Source of the DNA: Christensenellaceae bacterium
GTDB taxonomy: Bacteria > Bacillota > Clostridia > Christensenellales > CAG-138
NCBI GenBank assembly: GCA_963674775.2
Contig: CAXXPJ010000003.1
Span: 1,585,733-1,649,732, forward strand
Direction: 5' to 3'
DNA: 64,000 nt
Below are positions 9,035-17,108 of this stretch, one piece after another; the stretch's first letter is position 1, and each line of letters starts with the position of its first letter. Below the pieces are notes generated by a model. That model was not told the DNA's origin. It did not search any database and was given only the letters and a program-made list of their open reading frames with translations. The position numbers and the translations under genes are program-made.

Positions 9035-9214
9035 TGTGGATAACTTTTGGACCAGGCAGAACAACCGTTTGGTGCGGCCATAGATTGTTCATCGAAAAAG
9101 AGGCATTTTTTGGTTGAAAATCGCATCTGACTGGAATTTTACAAACGGTTATCCACAGAGTTATCCCCAGAGTGTGGATAACTTTGTGGACGCAAATCAC
9201 CGGAATGTGGAACG
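9035..9214. promoter_or_regulatory. DnaA-box cluster
   Basis: TGTGGATAA at 9035-9043 and 9173-9181, and TTATCCACA at 9149-9157, are perfect 9-mers. TTATCCCCA at 9161-9169 has one mismatch. TCCACA-core half boxes occur at 9185-9193 and 9206-9214. Confidence 0.65.
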
Positions 9215-9263
9215 CTGGTTTGAGTAAATTATGCGAAAAGAGCGCCGCTTTTGAGAACAATCG

Positions 9264-9292
9264 TTTGCAACCGGCGCAGAGGATGATATAAT
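9264..9292 (+). promoter_or_regulatory. Extended -10 promoter for holA (TTGCAA-16-TGaTATAAT), with the -10 ending 7 nt before the ATG
   Basis: TTGCAA 9265-9270, TGA 9284-9286, TATAAT 9287-9292, ATG 9300. The spacer AACCCCT has no SD. Confidence 0.55.
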
Positions 9293-9299
9293 AACCCCT

Positions 9300-10277
9300 A
9301 TGGACGGAATGGATTTTGTCAAAGCGGTCGCAAGGGGTGAACCCGTCGGCGGCGCATACTATTTTTGCGGCGAGGACCCCTACAGCCTCAACAAGGGTGT
9401 GCAGGCGGTCTTGTCCCGCACGGACCCCGGCATGCGGGATATGAACACGACGTTTTTAAAGGCGCCGTCGCCGGCGGACATTCAAGCCGCGGCGGAGACG
9501 ATGCCGTTTTTTGACGCGCTTCGGGTCGTGGTGGTGCAGGAGTTCGACGCGGACACCGCCAACGCGCTGGAGGATTACGTCAAGACGGTGCCGGATACCA
9601 CGGCGCTGCTGTTCGTGCGCCCCGGAAAACCGCCTAAAACGAACCCGCTGTATCGCGCCATAGACGCGCTCGGTCGCGCGGTGTCGTTCGATTCGCTCAA
9701 GCCCGCGCAGGCGCAGGCGTTTCTGCAAAAGCGCGCGAAGGAGAACGGCATACCGCTGGAAGGCATGGCGGCGGTGCGGCTGGTGCAATATCTCGGCGCG
9801 GACCTCGGCGCGCTGGAAAACACGCTGCTGATGGTCGGCGCATACGTTGGCTTCGGCAACCCGGTAACGGTGCAGGCGGTGGAAGCCTGCGTCCGGCCGC
9901 CGAGCGAGTATGAGGTGTTCAAAATCATGGACCCGCTCTGGGCGGGCAACAAGCGCGAGGGACTCAAGATGCTCGCAACGCTGCTGAACGACCCATCCGA
10001 GAGCGCGATCGGCCTGGCTACGCTGTGCGAGCGAAACGTGCGCGGGGTGCTGGGCGCAAAGCAGCTGCTCAAACAGGGGAAGAACGAAGGGCAGATTGCG
10101 CAGACGCTGGGCATGAAGCCGTATCCGGCGCAGAAGGCGGTCGCCGCCGCGAAGAAGCGCAGCTATGCGCAGCTCGTGAAGATGCTGGACGATTTTATCG
10201 CCGTGGAATGGAAACAGAAACAGGGGTTAGCAAAGGCGGAAGATGCGCTGATGCTTGCGTGCCATGAGAATTTTTGA
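9300..10277 (+). CDS. holA: DNA polymerase III delta subunit
   Basis: 325 aa. N-terminus ..YYFCGEDPYSL.. and overall delta-subunit layout. The comEC-holA adjacency is typical of Firmicutes. Confidence 0.8.
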   Translation: MDGMDFVKAVARGEPVGGAYYFCGEDPYSLNKGVQAVLSRTDPGMRDMNTTFLKAPSPADIQAAAETMPFFDALRVVVVQEFDADTANALEDYVKTVPDTTALLFVRPGKPPKTNPLYRAIDALGRAVSFDSLKPAQAQAFLQKRAKENGIPLEGMAAVRLVQYLGADLGALENTLLMVGAYVGFGNPVTVQAVEACVRPPSEYEVFKIMDPLWAGNKREGLKMLATLLNDPSESAIGLATLCERNVRGVLGAKQLLKQGKNEGQIAQTLGMKPYPAQKAVAAAKKRSYAQLVKMLDDFIAVEWKQKQGLAKAEDALMLACHENF

Positions 10278-10319
10278 GAATCATACTATGAATAAAGCGT
10301 TACAGGGAGAAACAATAAA

Positions 10320-10604
10320 ATGATAAAGCACATCGTATTCACCAAGTTTGAAAACCCGGACGAACAAGCGCCCATCGCCAGCGAAATGCTGCTTGCGCTC
10401 AAAGACACAATCCCCGAAATCCGTACCATCGAAACCGGGCGTGACTTCAAGCGCAGCGAGCGCAGTTTCGACCTTGCTTTGATCGTCACCTTCGACACGA
10501 AGGAAGACCTCGCGATTTACGATCACCATCCCGAGCACGAGAAGGCGCGCGCTTACATCAAGGCGCACCGTACGGGTACGGCGACGGTCGATTTCGAGTT
10601 TTAA
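10320..10604 (+). CDS. Dabb (stress-responsive alpha/beta-barrel) family protein
   Basis: 94 aa: MIKHIVFTKF...FDLALIVTFDTKEDLAIYDHHPEH. SD GGGAGA. Confidence 0.85.
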   Translation: MIKHIVFTKFENPDEQAPIASEMLLALKDTIPEIRTIETGRDFKRSERSFDLALIVTFDTKEDLAIYDHHPEHEKARAYIKAHRTGTATVDFEF

Positions 10605-10662
10605 TTTATTTTCGATTCCGTAACCAAAGTCCATAACCAAAGATTGCTAAAAGGAGCGAACT

Positions 10663-10953
10663 ATGCTCAAATACATCGTATTGTTCAAATTTCGTGATCC
10701 GGAAACGTGCCTCCCGACCGTGATCGAAAAGCTGCATGGCATGGTCGGTAAAATTCCGGAGATTTTATCGATGGAAACCGGCGCGGATATCTGGCACAAC
10801 GGCGAGCGGAGCTATGACCTGGCGCTGACGTGCACGTTTGCCGATCTTGACGCCATCGCGGTCTACGACAAGCACCCCGCGCACGAAGAGGCGCGCGAGT
10901 ATATCTACGCGCACCGGATCGACGGCAAAACCGTCGTCTACGAAATAATATGA
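10663..10953 (+). CDS. Dabb family protein, tandem paralog
   Basis: 96 aa: [10 protein letters not shown]...[32 protein letters not shown]. Its stop overlaps the uvrB start (ATGA). Confidence 0.85.
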   Translation: MLKYIVLFKFRDPETCLPTVIEKLHGMVGKIPEILSMETGADIWHNGERSYDLALTCTFADLDAIAVYDKHPAHEEAREYIYAHRIDGKTVVYEII

Positions 10954-12977
10954 ACGAATTCAAGCTTGTATCCGAATACAGCCCCGCCGGAGACCAACCG
11001 CAGGCGATCGACCGCCTTGCGGAGGGCGTGCAGCGCGGCGATGCCGCTCAGGTGCTGCTCGGCGTCACCGGCAGCGGCAAGACTTACACCATGGCAAAGG
11101 TGATCGAGCGCGTACAGAAACCCACGCTCGTCATCGCGCATAATAAGACGCTCGCGGCGCAGCTCTGCTCGGAATTCCGGGAGTTCTTCCCGGACAGCGC
11201 GGTGGAGTATTTCGTGAGCTATTACGACTACTATCAGCCGGAGGCATACATCCCCGCGTCCGACACCTATATTGAAAAAACTACGGCCATCAACGAGGAG
11301 ATCGACCGTTTGCGTTACAGCGCGACGAGTTCGCTCAACGAGCGGCGGGACGTGATCATCGTCGCGTCTGTTTCGTGCATCTATGCGCTGGGCGATCCCG
11401 AGGAGTATATGCGCATGTCCGTTTCGCTCAGAAAGGGCATGCAGATCTCCCGCGAAGAGGTTGTTCGAAAACTCGTGGACATCCAGTTTCAGCGAAACGA
11501 CATCGACTTTTCGCGCGGAACGTTCCGCATCCGCGGGGATGTGCTGGACATCTTTCCCGCCTCCAGCGCGGGCACCGCGGTGCGTGTCGAGTTCTTCGGC
11601 GACGAGGTCGAGCGCATCATGGACGTGGACTCGCTCACGGGCGAGCTGCTCGGCGAGCGCGCGCATGTTGCGGTCTTTCCCGCCTCGCACTATGCCACGA
11701 GCCGCGAAAAGCTCAACGCCGCAATCGACAAAATCTGGGACGACGCGCTCGCACGGCGGGACGAGTTTACCCATACGGACCGACTTATCGAGGCGCAGCG
11801 CATTGAGCAGCGCACGCAGTATGACATTGAGATGATGCGCGAAATCGGCTATTGCAACGGCATTGAAAACTACTCGCGCTATTTCGACGGGAGAAGCCCC
11901 GGACAGCCGCCGTTTACGCTGATCGACTACTTCCCGAAGGATTTTCTCGTGATCATCGACGAGAGCCACGTCACCGTGCCGCAGATCGGCGCGATGTACC
12001 GCGGCGACCTCGCGCGCAAAACCTCGCTTGTGGAATACGGCTTCCGCATTCCCAGCGCGTTCGACAACCGCCCGCTGAAGTTTCCGGAGTTCGAGGCACG
12101 CGTGCCGCAGATGATCTGCGTCTCCGCGACGCCGGCGGATTACGAAATCAAGCGCGCGACGCAGGTTGTGGAGCAGATTATACGCCCGACGGGTCTGGTG
12201 GATCCGGAAGTGGAGGTTCGACCCGTCAAAGGGCAGATCGACGACCTCCTGGGCGAGGTGCGCCTGCAGACCAAGAAGGGCTACCGCACACTGGTGACCA
12301 CGCTGACCAAGCGCATGGCGGAGGACCTGACCGAATACCTCGACGGCATGGGCGTGCGCGTGCGGTATATGCACGCGGACATCGAGACCATCGAACGCAT
12401 GGAGATCATCCGCGATCTGCGGCTGGGTGATTTTGACGTACTTGTGGGGATCAACTTGCTGCGTGAAGGTCTGGATTTGCCGGAAGTGGGGCTTGTTGCC
12501 ATTCTCGACGCGGATAAGGAAGGGTTTTTGCGCTCGTCCACGAGCCTTGTGCAGACCATCGGCAGAGCCGCGCGAAATGTCGAAGGCAAAGTCGTGCTCT
12601 ATGCGGACGTCATCACGCCAAGCATGAAATACGCAATGGACGAGACCGAACGCAGAAGGACGATTCAGAGAGCGTATAACGAGGAGCACGGCATTACGCC
12701 GCAGAGCGTGAAAAAAGCCGTCCGCCAGACGCTGATCATCACCACGAAGGTTCAGGACGAAGCGGACGAATATACCGCGGAGGAGAAAGCCACGCGCGTG
12801 AAGATGCTCACCGAGGAGATGCGTGCCGCAGCCCGCGAGCTCGAGTTTGAGCACGCCGCGAAGCTGCGCGACGAGATTCGAAAACTCTCCGGCGAGGAAG
12901 CGCTCGAACGCGCCGCCAAACCAAAGCCCGGCACCATCGGCGCGAAGAAGCGCAACAAGGGCAGATCGCGTAAGTAA
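10950..12977 (+). CDS. uvrB: Excinuclease ABC subunit B
   Basis: 675 aa with Walker A GVTGSGKT, helicase motifs and a C-terminal UVR domain ([12 protein letters not shown]). Confidence 0.97.
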   Translation: MNEFKLVSEYSPAGDQPQAIDRLAEGVQRGDAAQVLLGVTGSGKTYTMAKVIERVQKPTLVIAHNKTLAAQLCSEFREFFPDSAVEYFVSYYDYYQPEAYIPASDTYIEKTTAINEEIDRLRYSATSSLNERRDVIIVASVSCIYALGDPEEYMRMSVSLRKGMQISREEVVRKLVDIQFQRNDIDFSRGTFRIRGDVLDIFPASSAGTAVRVEFFGDEVERIMDVDSLTGELLGERAHVAVFPASHYATSREKLNAAIDKIWDDALARRDEFTHTDRLIEAQRIEQRTQYDIEMMREIGYCNGIENYSRYFDGRSPGQPPFTLIDYFPKDFLVIIDESHVTVPQIGAMYRGDLARKTSLVEYGFRIPSAFDNRPLKFPEFEARVPQMICVSATPADYEIKRATQVVEQIIRPTGLVDPEVEVRPVKGQIDDLLGEVRLQTKKGYRTLVTTLTKRMAEDLTEYLDGMGVRVRYMHADIETIERMEIIRDLRLGDFDVLVGINLLREGLDLPEVGLVAILDADKEGFLRSSTSLVQTIGRAARNVEGKVVLYADVITPSMKYAMDETERRRTIQRAYNEEHGITPQSVKKAVRQTLIITTKVQDEADEYTAEEKATRVKMLTEEMRAAARELEFEHAAKLRDEIRKLSGEEALERAAKPKPGTIGAKKRNKGRSRK

Positions 12978-13094
12978 ACGGTTTTATCCCGTGAGGTTCT
13001 TTTCTCCCGGCACAATTGAGATATACAAATAAAAAACGTATAATAGTTGTAGGATAATATTGGGCAGATTCAATTTTGCAGGGAGGGGATTATC

Positions 13095-13523
13095 ATGAAA
13101 AACGAACTGATGCAGGAAATCGAAACCCAGCTTTCCACCATTGGCGTTTCCGTAGTAAAAGGAGGCCAAACCGATCTGAGCATCGACGTTGAGCTGCTGG
13201 ACGCGGGCTTTTCCACGGGAAAAAAGAAGATTCATTATGAATCGATGATCCTGCTGGACGAGGCGGACAAGACGATCAGGATGTACGAAAAGACCACCGA
13301 GATCAGCGCGGGCGTTTCGTTCGGCGCCAGCGCGCAGTCTTCCTATCAAACCGGAAGCACGCTGTTTCGCAAGGTCAAGAGCATTCAGTACGGGCCGGAG
13401 GGAAAGGTGTTTGAGTACAACTTCGACATCGGCGCCATTCCGAAGACCGTTAAAACCGCCGCGCAGGCGCATGGATGGAAGTTTAAAACCGTTATTTTGA
13501 AGAAAAAGGCGATGTATCGCTGA
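13095..13523 (+). CDS. Hypothetical protein (142 aa)
   Basis: Good SD (GGGAGGGG) 7 nt upstream and coding-like composition. No family recognised. Confidence 0.55.
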   Translation: MKNELMQEIETQLSTIGVSVVKGGQTDLSIDVELLDAGFSTGKKKIHYESMILLDEADKTIRMYEKTTEISAGVSFGASAQSSYQTGSTLFRKVKSIQYGPEGKVFEYNFDIGAIPKTVKTAAQAHGWKFKTVILKKKAMYR

Positions 13524-13548
13524 ATGAGCGACACAAAGACAAAAAGTG

Positions 13549-13577
13549 TTGCATCGCACGCATGCATGTGTTACAAT
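13549..13577 (+). promoter_or_regulatory. Orphan extended -10 promoter TTGCAT-17-TGtTACAAT overlapping a perfect 8-1-8 palindrome
   Basis: TTGCAT 13549-13554, TACAAT 13572-13577 preceded by TGT. Palindrome GTGTTACA-A-TGTAACAC at 13568-13584. Confidence 0.4.
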
Positions 13578-13583
13578 GTAACA

Positions 13584-13667
13584 CGATAAGGATCCCGCCT
13601 ACTCGCGGGCCTAGCGTAGCGAATAAAACCGCCCGTGGAAATGATTTCCACGGACGGCTTTTATGTT
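13584..13667 (+). ncRNA. Candidate ~80-nt small RNA (a promoter-to-terminator unit with no ORF)
   Basis: The predicted TSS is followed by hairpin CCCGC-CTACTC-GCGGG, then terminator hairpin CCGCCCGTGGAAA-TGA-TTTCCACGGACGG plus CTTTTAT. No start codon or SD lies inside. Confidence 0.3.
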
Positions 13668-13689
13668 GTGGTTTCAGCAGTGCGCCAAC

Positions 13690-14823
13690 TCAGTTCGCGC
13701 GGGAAACGAGGCGGATGAGCACCATCTCCGCCGTGGAGCCGCTGCGGAGAACCGAGCCGCGGTTCCCCATGCCGGAGGAGACGATCAGATGCGCCATTCC
13801 TGTGCGTTTGTGCCCGTATGTAACGCCGAAAAGCCGGTTCAGCCGGCTCAGCCAGCTCATCGGCCAGATCTGTCCCCCGTGGGTATGGCCGGAGAGTTGC
13901 AGCGTGACGCCCAGCGCGGCGGCTGCCATCCAGTCGCGCGGCTGATGGTCGATAACGATCACCGGCCCGCTCCGGTCAACGCCTTCGAGCAGCGTTTGCA
14001 GAGAGGCGCGGTCCGGGCTGCGGGAAAACCCCGCATCGTGCCGGCCGATCAGCGTCAACCCCGCGACGGTTGCGGAAGCATCGTCCAGCACGCGGATTCC
14101 AGCGCCGGACAGCGTGCGGTCGAGCTCCTCCCTGGTGTAGGGCGGCGTCGGGCCGTGGTTGGCGAGGTCGTGGTTGCCGTAGACAAAATACACGCCGTAT
14201 CTTGCCGGAACGCTGCCGACAATGGCGCAGGCGGCGCGCATCTGCTCCGGACTGGTCCAGTCGTCCACCAGATCGCCCGCGATGATCAATAGATCAGGCT
14301 GCTCCGCAGCGAGGCGCTCCATCTGCAGCCGGAGCCGGGTTTCGTCGATCGTCAGTCCCATGTGCACGTCGGAGATCAGCGCAATGCGCAGTTCCCCGCC
14401 CGAAACGGGCAGATCCGTCTCAATGTCATACCGCGTGAGCACGAGTTTTTTTCCGTGGAAATAGCCGTAAACAAGCAGTGCAAGACTGGCCGCGAGCGCG
14501 GCGGCGCCGCCCTGCCAGAGCCAGCCGATGTGAGAAGCGACGGGCCAGAGCAACGCCAGCAGATGCTGCAACAGCGAAAACAGCAGGCTGAAGAGAAAGA
14601 GATATAAAGCGGCGAGGGTACGAACCTTCACCGGGATTGGTCGAACGAACATCGCCGCCAGCAGGCAGGCGGCAAAGATAGCACCGAGCCAGCGGCTTAG
14701 TGCGCCGCCCAGGCCCCAGTAGAGCAGCGCGTCCGAGAGCCAGAGAAACAGCCACCAGCCCATAAAAAGGCAGATTGCCGCCAATATTAAATACGCGATG
14801 AAACGGGTTCGTTGATCGTGCAA
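13690..14823 (-). CDS. Membrane-anchored metallophosphoesterase (YkuE/YaeI-like)
   Basis: About 4 N-terminal TM helices, then motifs DVHMG, GDLVDD, GNHD and GHTHGGQ. TTG start with SD AGGAGG. Confidence 0.85.
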   Translation of the reverse strand: MHDQRTRFIAYLILAAICLFMGWWLFLWLSDALLYWGLGGALSRWLGAIFAACLLAAMFVRPIPVKVRTLAALYLFLFSLLFSLLQHLLALLWPVASHIGWLWQGGAAALAASLALLVYGYFHGKKLVLTRYDIETDLPVSGGELRIALISDVHMGLTIDETRLRLQMERLAAEQPDLLIIAGDLVDDWTSPEQMRAACAIVGSVPARYGVYFVYGNHDLANHGPTPPYTREELDRTLSGAGIRVLDDASATVAGLTLIGRHDAGFSRSPDRASLQTLLEGVDRSGPVIVIDHQPRDWMAAAALGVTLQLSGHTHGGQIWPMSWLSRLNRLFGVTYGHKRTGMAHLIVSSGMGNRGSVLRSGSTAEMVLIRLVSRAN

Positions 14824-14992
14824 AGCGTCCTCCTGACAGGCGTTTTTCGCCTGTTGCGTTTATTATAGCAGAGCAAAGTGAACAGAGCGCGAAATCGTTC
14901 TGTTTTTTGCAGCGCGGCGCGCACAATCCGCGCTATTCATGCAACAGCTGCTGTGATATAATGCGACCAATGAATATACGGAGGATCAAACG

Positions 14993-15376
14993 ATGGCAGA
15001 GATCGTCTGGAAAGATCGCAAACGCATCATTTTCGGCTTGCCCTGGACGTTTACGCGCTATTCGCTGACACAGGAAAAACTGATTGTCGACAAAGGATTC
15101 CTCAGCCGACAGGAAGATGAGGTCCGCCTGTACCGCATTCTGGATATCACGCTCTACCGCCCGCTGCATCAGCGAATATGGGGGCTTGGCACCATCCGCC
15201 TCAACACCGCGGACAAGTCCACGCCGGAGGTGGAGATCAAACGGATCAAGCGCGCGCGGGAGGTAAAGGAGATGCTCTCGGACATGGTCGAACGCGAGCG
15301 CTATGAAAAGCGCATCGCCGCGCGCGAGTTCATGGGTTACGGTGACATGGAGGAAGACGAGGACCCGATCAACTGA
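14993..15376 (+). CDS. Bacterial PH-domain protein (bPH_2 / YdbS-like)
   Basis: 127 aa: ..TFTRYSLTQEKLIVDKGFLSRQEDEVRLYRILDI... Upstream extended -10 TGaTATAAT (14957-14962) and SD GGAGGA. Confidence 0.8.
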   Translation: MAEIVWKDRKRIIFGLPWTFTRYSLTQEKLIVDKGFLSRQEDEVRLYRILDITLYRPLHQRIWGLGTIRLNTADKSTPEVEIKRIKRAREVKEMLSDMVERERYEKRIAAREFMGYGDMEEDEDPIN

Positions 15377-15390
15377 AACAACGATATAAG

Positions 15391-15430
15391 AAAACGGGCG
15401 GGCACGCGAAGCTACGCCCGTTTTGTTTTC
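15391..15430 (+). terminator. Intrinsic terminator after the PH-domain gene
   Basis: ACGGGCG...CGCCCGT stem followed by TTTTGTTTT. Confidence 0.7.
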
Positions 15431-15578
15431 AAACGGGGATGATTCACAGGGTATTTTTATGCATTGTGCGTGAAAAAGCCGCTGATGTTCCTTGTAATGA
15501 GGGGTTTAACTGGTATAATAATACGAAACGGTTTTGTATTCGGGATGGAATGACGAGCCGTATGAAGGGAGAACAGGG

Positions 15579-16313
15579 ATGGAATTTAACTCGAACAGCG
15601 GATTTATGTATGCGATCGTCGGCATCGTAATCCTGTTTGTACTGCTGCAGTCCGTCGTTTTCTTAGTCAAGGCGTGGAAGCGCGGCAAAGAACTCGGCAT
15701 GGACGCGCAGGCGCTGAAGAAAACCGTGGGTTCGTCCGCGGTGTTCACCATCGCGCCGGCGTTTGCAATTCTGCTCGGCGTCATTGCGCTGAGCAACGCG
15801 CTCGGCTTTCCGCTGCCGTGGCTCAGGCTCACGGTTATCGGCTCGCTGACCTATGAAACAACCGCCGCGGCCGCCGCGGCAACGGGCGTTGGCGCTTCGC
15901 TCGCGCAGAAGGTGACCGACCCGAAGATCTTTACGGCAATCGCGTGGGTGATGGCGCTCGGTATCATACCGGGGCTGCTGCTCGTTCCGCTGTTTGGCAA
16001 AAAGATTGAAAACGGCGTCAGTCGCATCAAGAGCAAGGACTCCCGCTGGGGACAGATCTTCCTCTCCGGCCTGTTCCTCGGCATGATCTCCGCGTTTCTC
16101 GGCCTCGTGTTCGCGCACGTCAGCGAGGGGCTAACGGGCTGGATTCCGGTGTTCGTCATGCTGGCCAGCGCGGTGTTGATGATCATACTGGGCCTCTTGC
16201 GCAAAGCGCTCAAGGCAAAATGGATTGAGGATTACGCGCTGCCGATCAGCCTGCTGGGCGGCATGGCGCTGTCCATACCGATCACAACGCTGATTCAGGG
16301 CATTGCGGGTTGA
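15579..16313 (+). CDS. Polytopic membrane protein (DUF5058-like)
   Basis: MEFNSNSGFMYAIVGIVILF... with about 6 TM helices. ATG 15579 was chosen for SD AGGGAG 7 nt upstream. Confidence 0.7.
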   Translation: MEFNSNSGFMYAIVGIVILFVLLQSVVFLVKAWKRGKELGMDAQALKKTVGSSAVFTIAPAFAILLGVIALSNALGFPLPWLRLTVIGSLTYETTAAAAAATGVGASLAQKVTDPKIFTAIAWVMALGIIPGLLLVPLFGKKIENGVSRIKSKDSRWGQIFLSGLFLGMISAFLGLVFAHVSEGLTGWIPVFVMLASAVLMIILGLLRKALKAKWIEDYALPISLLGGMALSIPITTLIQGIAG

Positions 16314-16327
16314 GGGAGGATATGGAT

Positions 16328-16990
16328 ATGAAACAGGAAAAAAGCTATCGCGACAGTATTCACGCAACCGGTAGGGTCTGGATTCTCAGCGCGCTCGTGC
16401 TGCTGCTTGCCATACCGGTCGCAATCAGTATCTATTACGGTGCATGGCCGTCCGCCGGCGGCGTGCTCAAAGGGTTTTTGAGCGTCGCGCCCATCTTCTG
16501 GACGGTTGGCGTCATCGAAGTTTTCACCTATGTGCCCATGCTCGGCACGGGCGGATCGTATCTGGGGTTTGTAACGGGCAACCTCGCCAACCTCAAGGTG
16601 CCCTGCGCGCTTAACGCAATGGACCGCGCGGGCGTGGAAGCCGGATCGGAGGAGGGCGAGGTGATCTCGACCATCGCGATTGCAACCAGCTCCATCGTGA
16701 CGACGCTGATCATTGCGCTCGGCGTGCTGCTGCTCTCGCAGATCGCGCCCGTACTGGAGAGCAAGGTGCTCCAGCCTGCATTTGAAAACATCCTGCCCGC
16801 GCTCTTCGGCGCAATCGGCGTGGTGTTCATCTCCAAGGACTGGAAGATCGCTGTCGCGCCGCTTGTGGTCATGATCGCGCTGTTCCTGCTGGTTCCGTCG
16901 CTTGCCAGCGCGGTAGGCATTCTCGTTCCGGTCGGCGCGCTGATCGCGATCGGCGTTGCGCGGGTTCTGTATAAGAAGGGACTCATATAA
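16328..16990 (+). CDS. Polytopic membrane protein, partner of the preceding gene
   Basis: About 6 TM helices. ATG 16328 lies 7 nt after SD GGGAGGA. Overlaps or abuts the upstream gene's stop. Confidence 0.7.
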   Translation: MKQEKSYRDSIHATGRVWILSALVLLLAIPVAISIYYGAWPSAGGVLKGFLSVAPIFWTVGVIEVFTYVPMLGTGGSYLGFVTGNLANLKVPCALNAMDRAGVEAGSEEGEVISTIAIATSSIVTTLIIALGVLLLSQIAPVLESKVLQPAFENILPALFGAIGVVFISKDWKIAVAPLVVMIALFLLVPSLASAVGILVPVGALIAIGVARVLYKKGLI

Positions 16991-17063
16991 TTTTCTCTTT
17001 TTAGGAAAAGAGAAGATCGCAACCGGCGTCGCGCGGGTTCTGTATAAGAAGGGAATCCTGTAA
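16942..17063 (+). repeat. Diverged tandem copy of the last 16 codons plus stop of the membrane gene
   Basis: 16942-16990 encodes IAIGVARVLYKKGLI*. 17015-17063 encodes IATGVARVLYKKGIL*. The two are separated by hairpin TTCTCTTTT-TAGG-AAAAGAGAA. Confidence 0.85.
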
Positions 17064-17108
17064 ACGAATATCGTAATTACAGGTCACCAGTACGAAAGGA
17101 CAACTCAC

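Noticed and set aside
8862-9260. 132-aa minus-strand ORF containing a repeated VIHTL motif
   Set aside because: The repeated peptide is the translation of the DnaA boxes (TTATCCACA). There is no SD, and it overlaps the comEC end.
9035-9300. The DnaA-box cluster as the chromosomal origin (oriC)
   Set aside because: Not claimed. There is no obvious AT-rich unwinding element next to the boxes and no dnaA/dnaN nearby, and the flanks are comEC and holA. It cannot be excluded without whole-replicon GC skew, so it is kept only as an alternative in the finding.
10938-12854. 638-aa ORF antisense to uvrB
   Set aside because: This is a typical high-GC antisense shadow ORF. It has an Arg/Ala/His-rich nonsense composition and fully overlaps an unambiguous uvrB.
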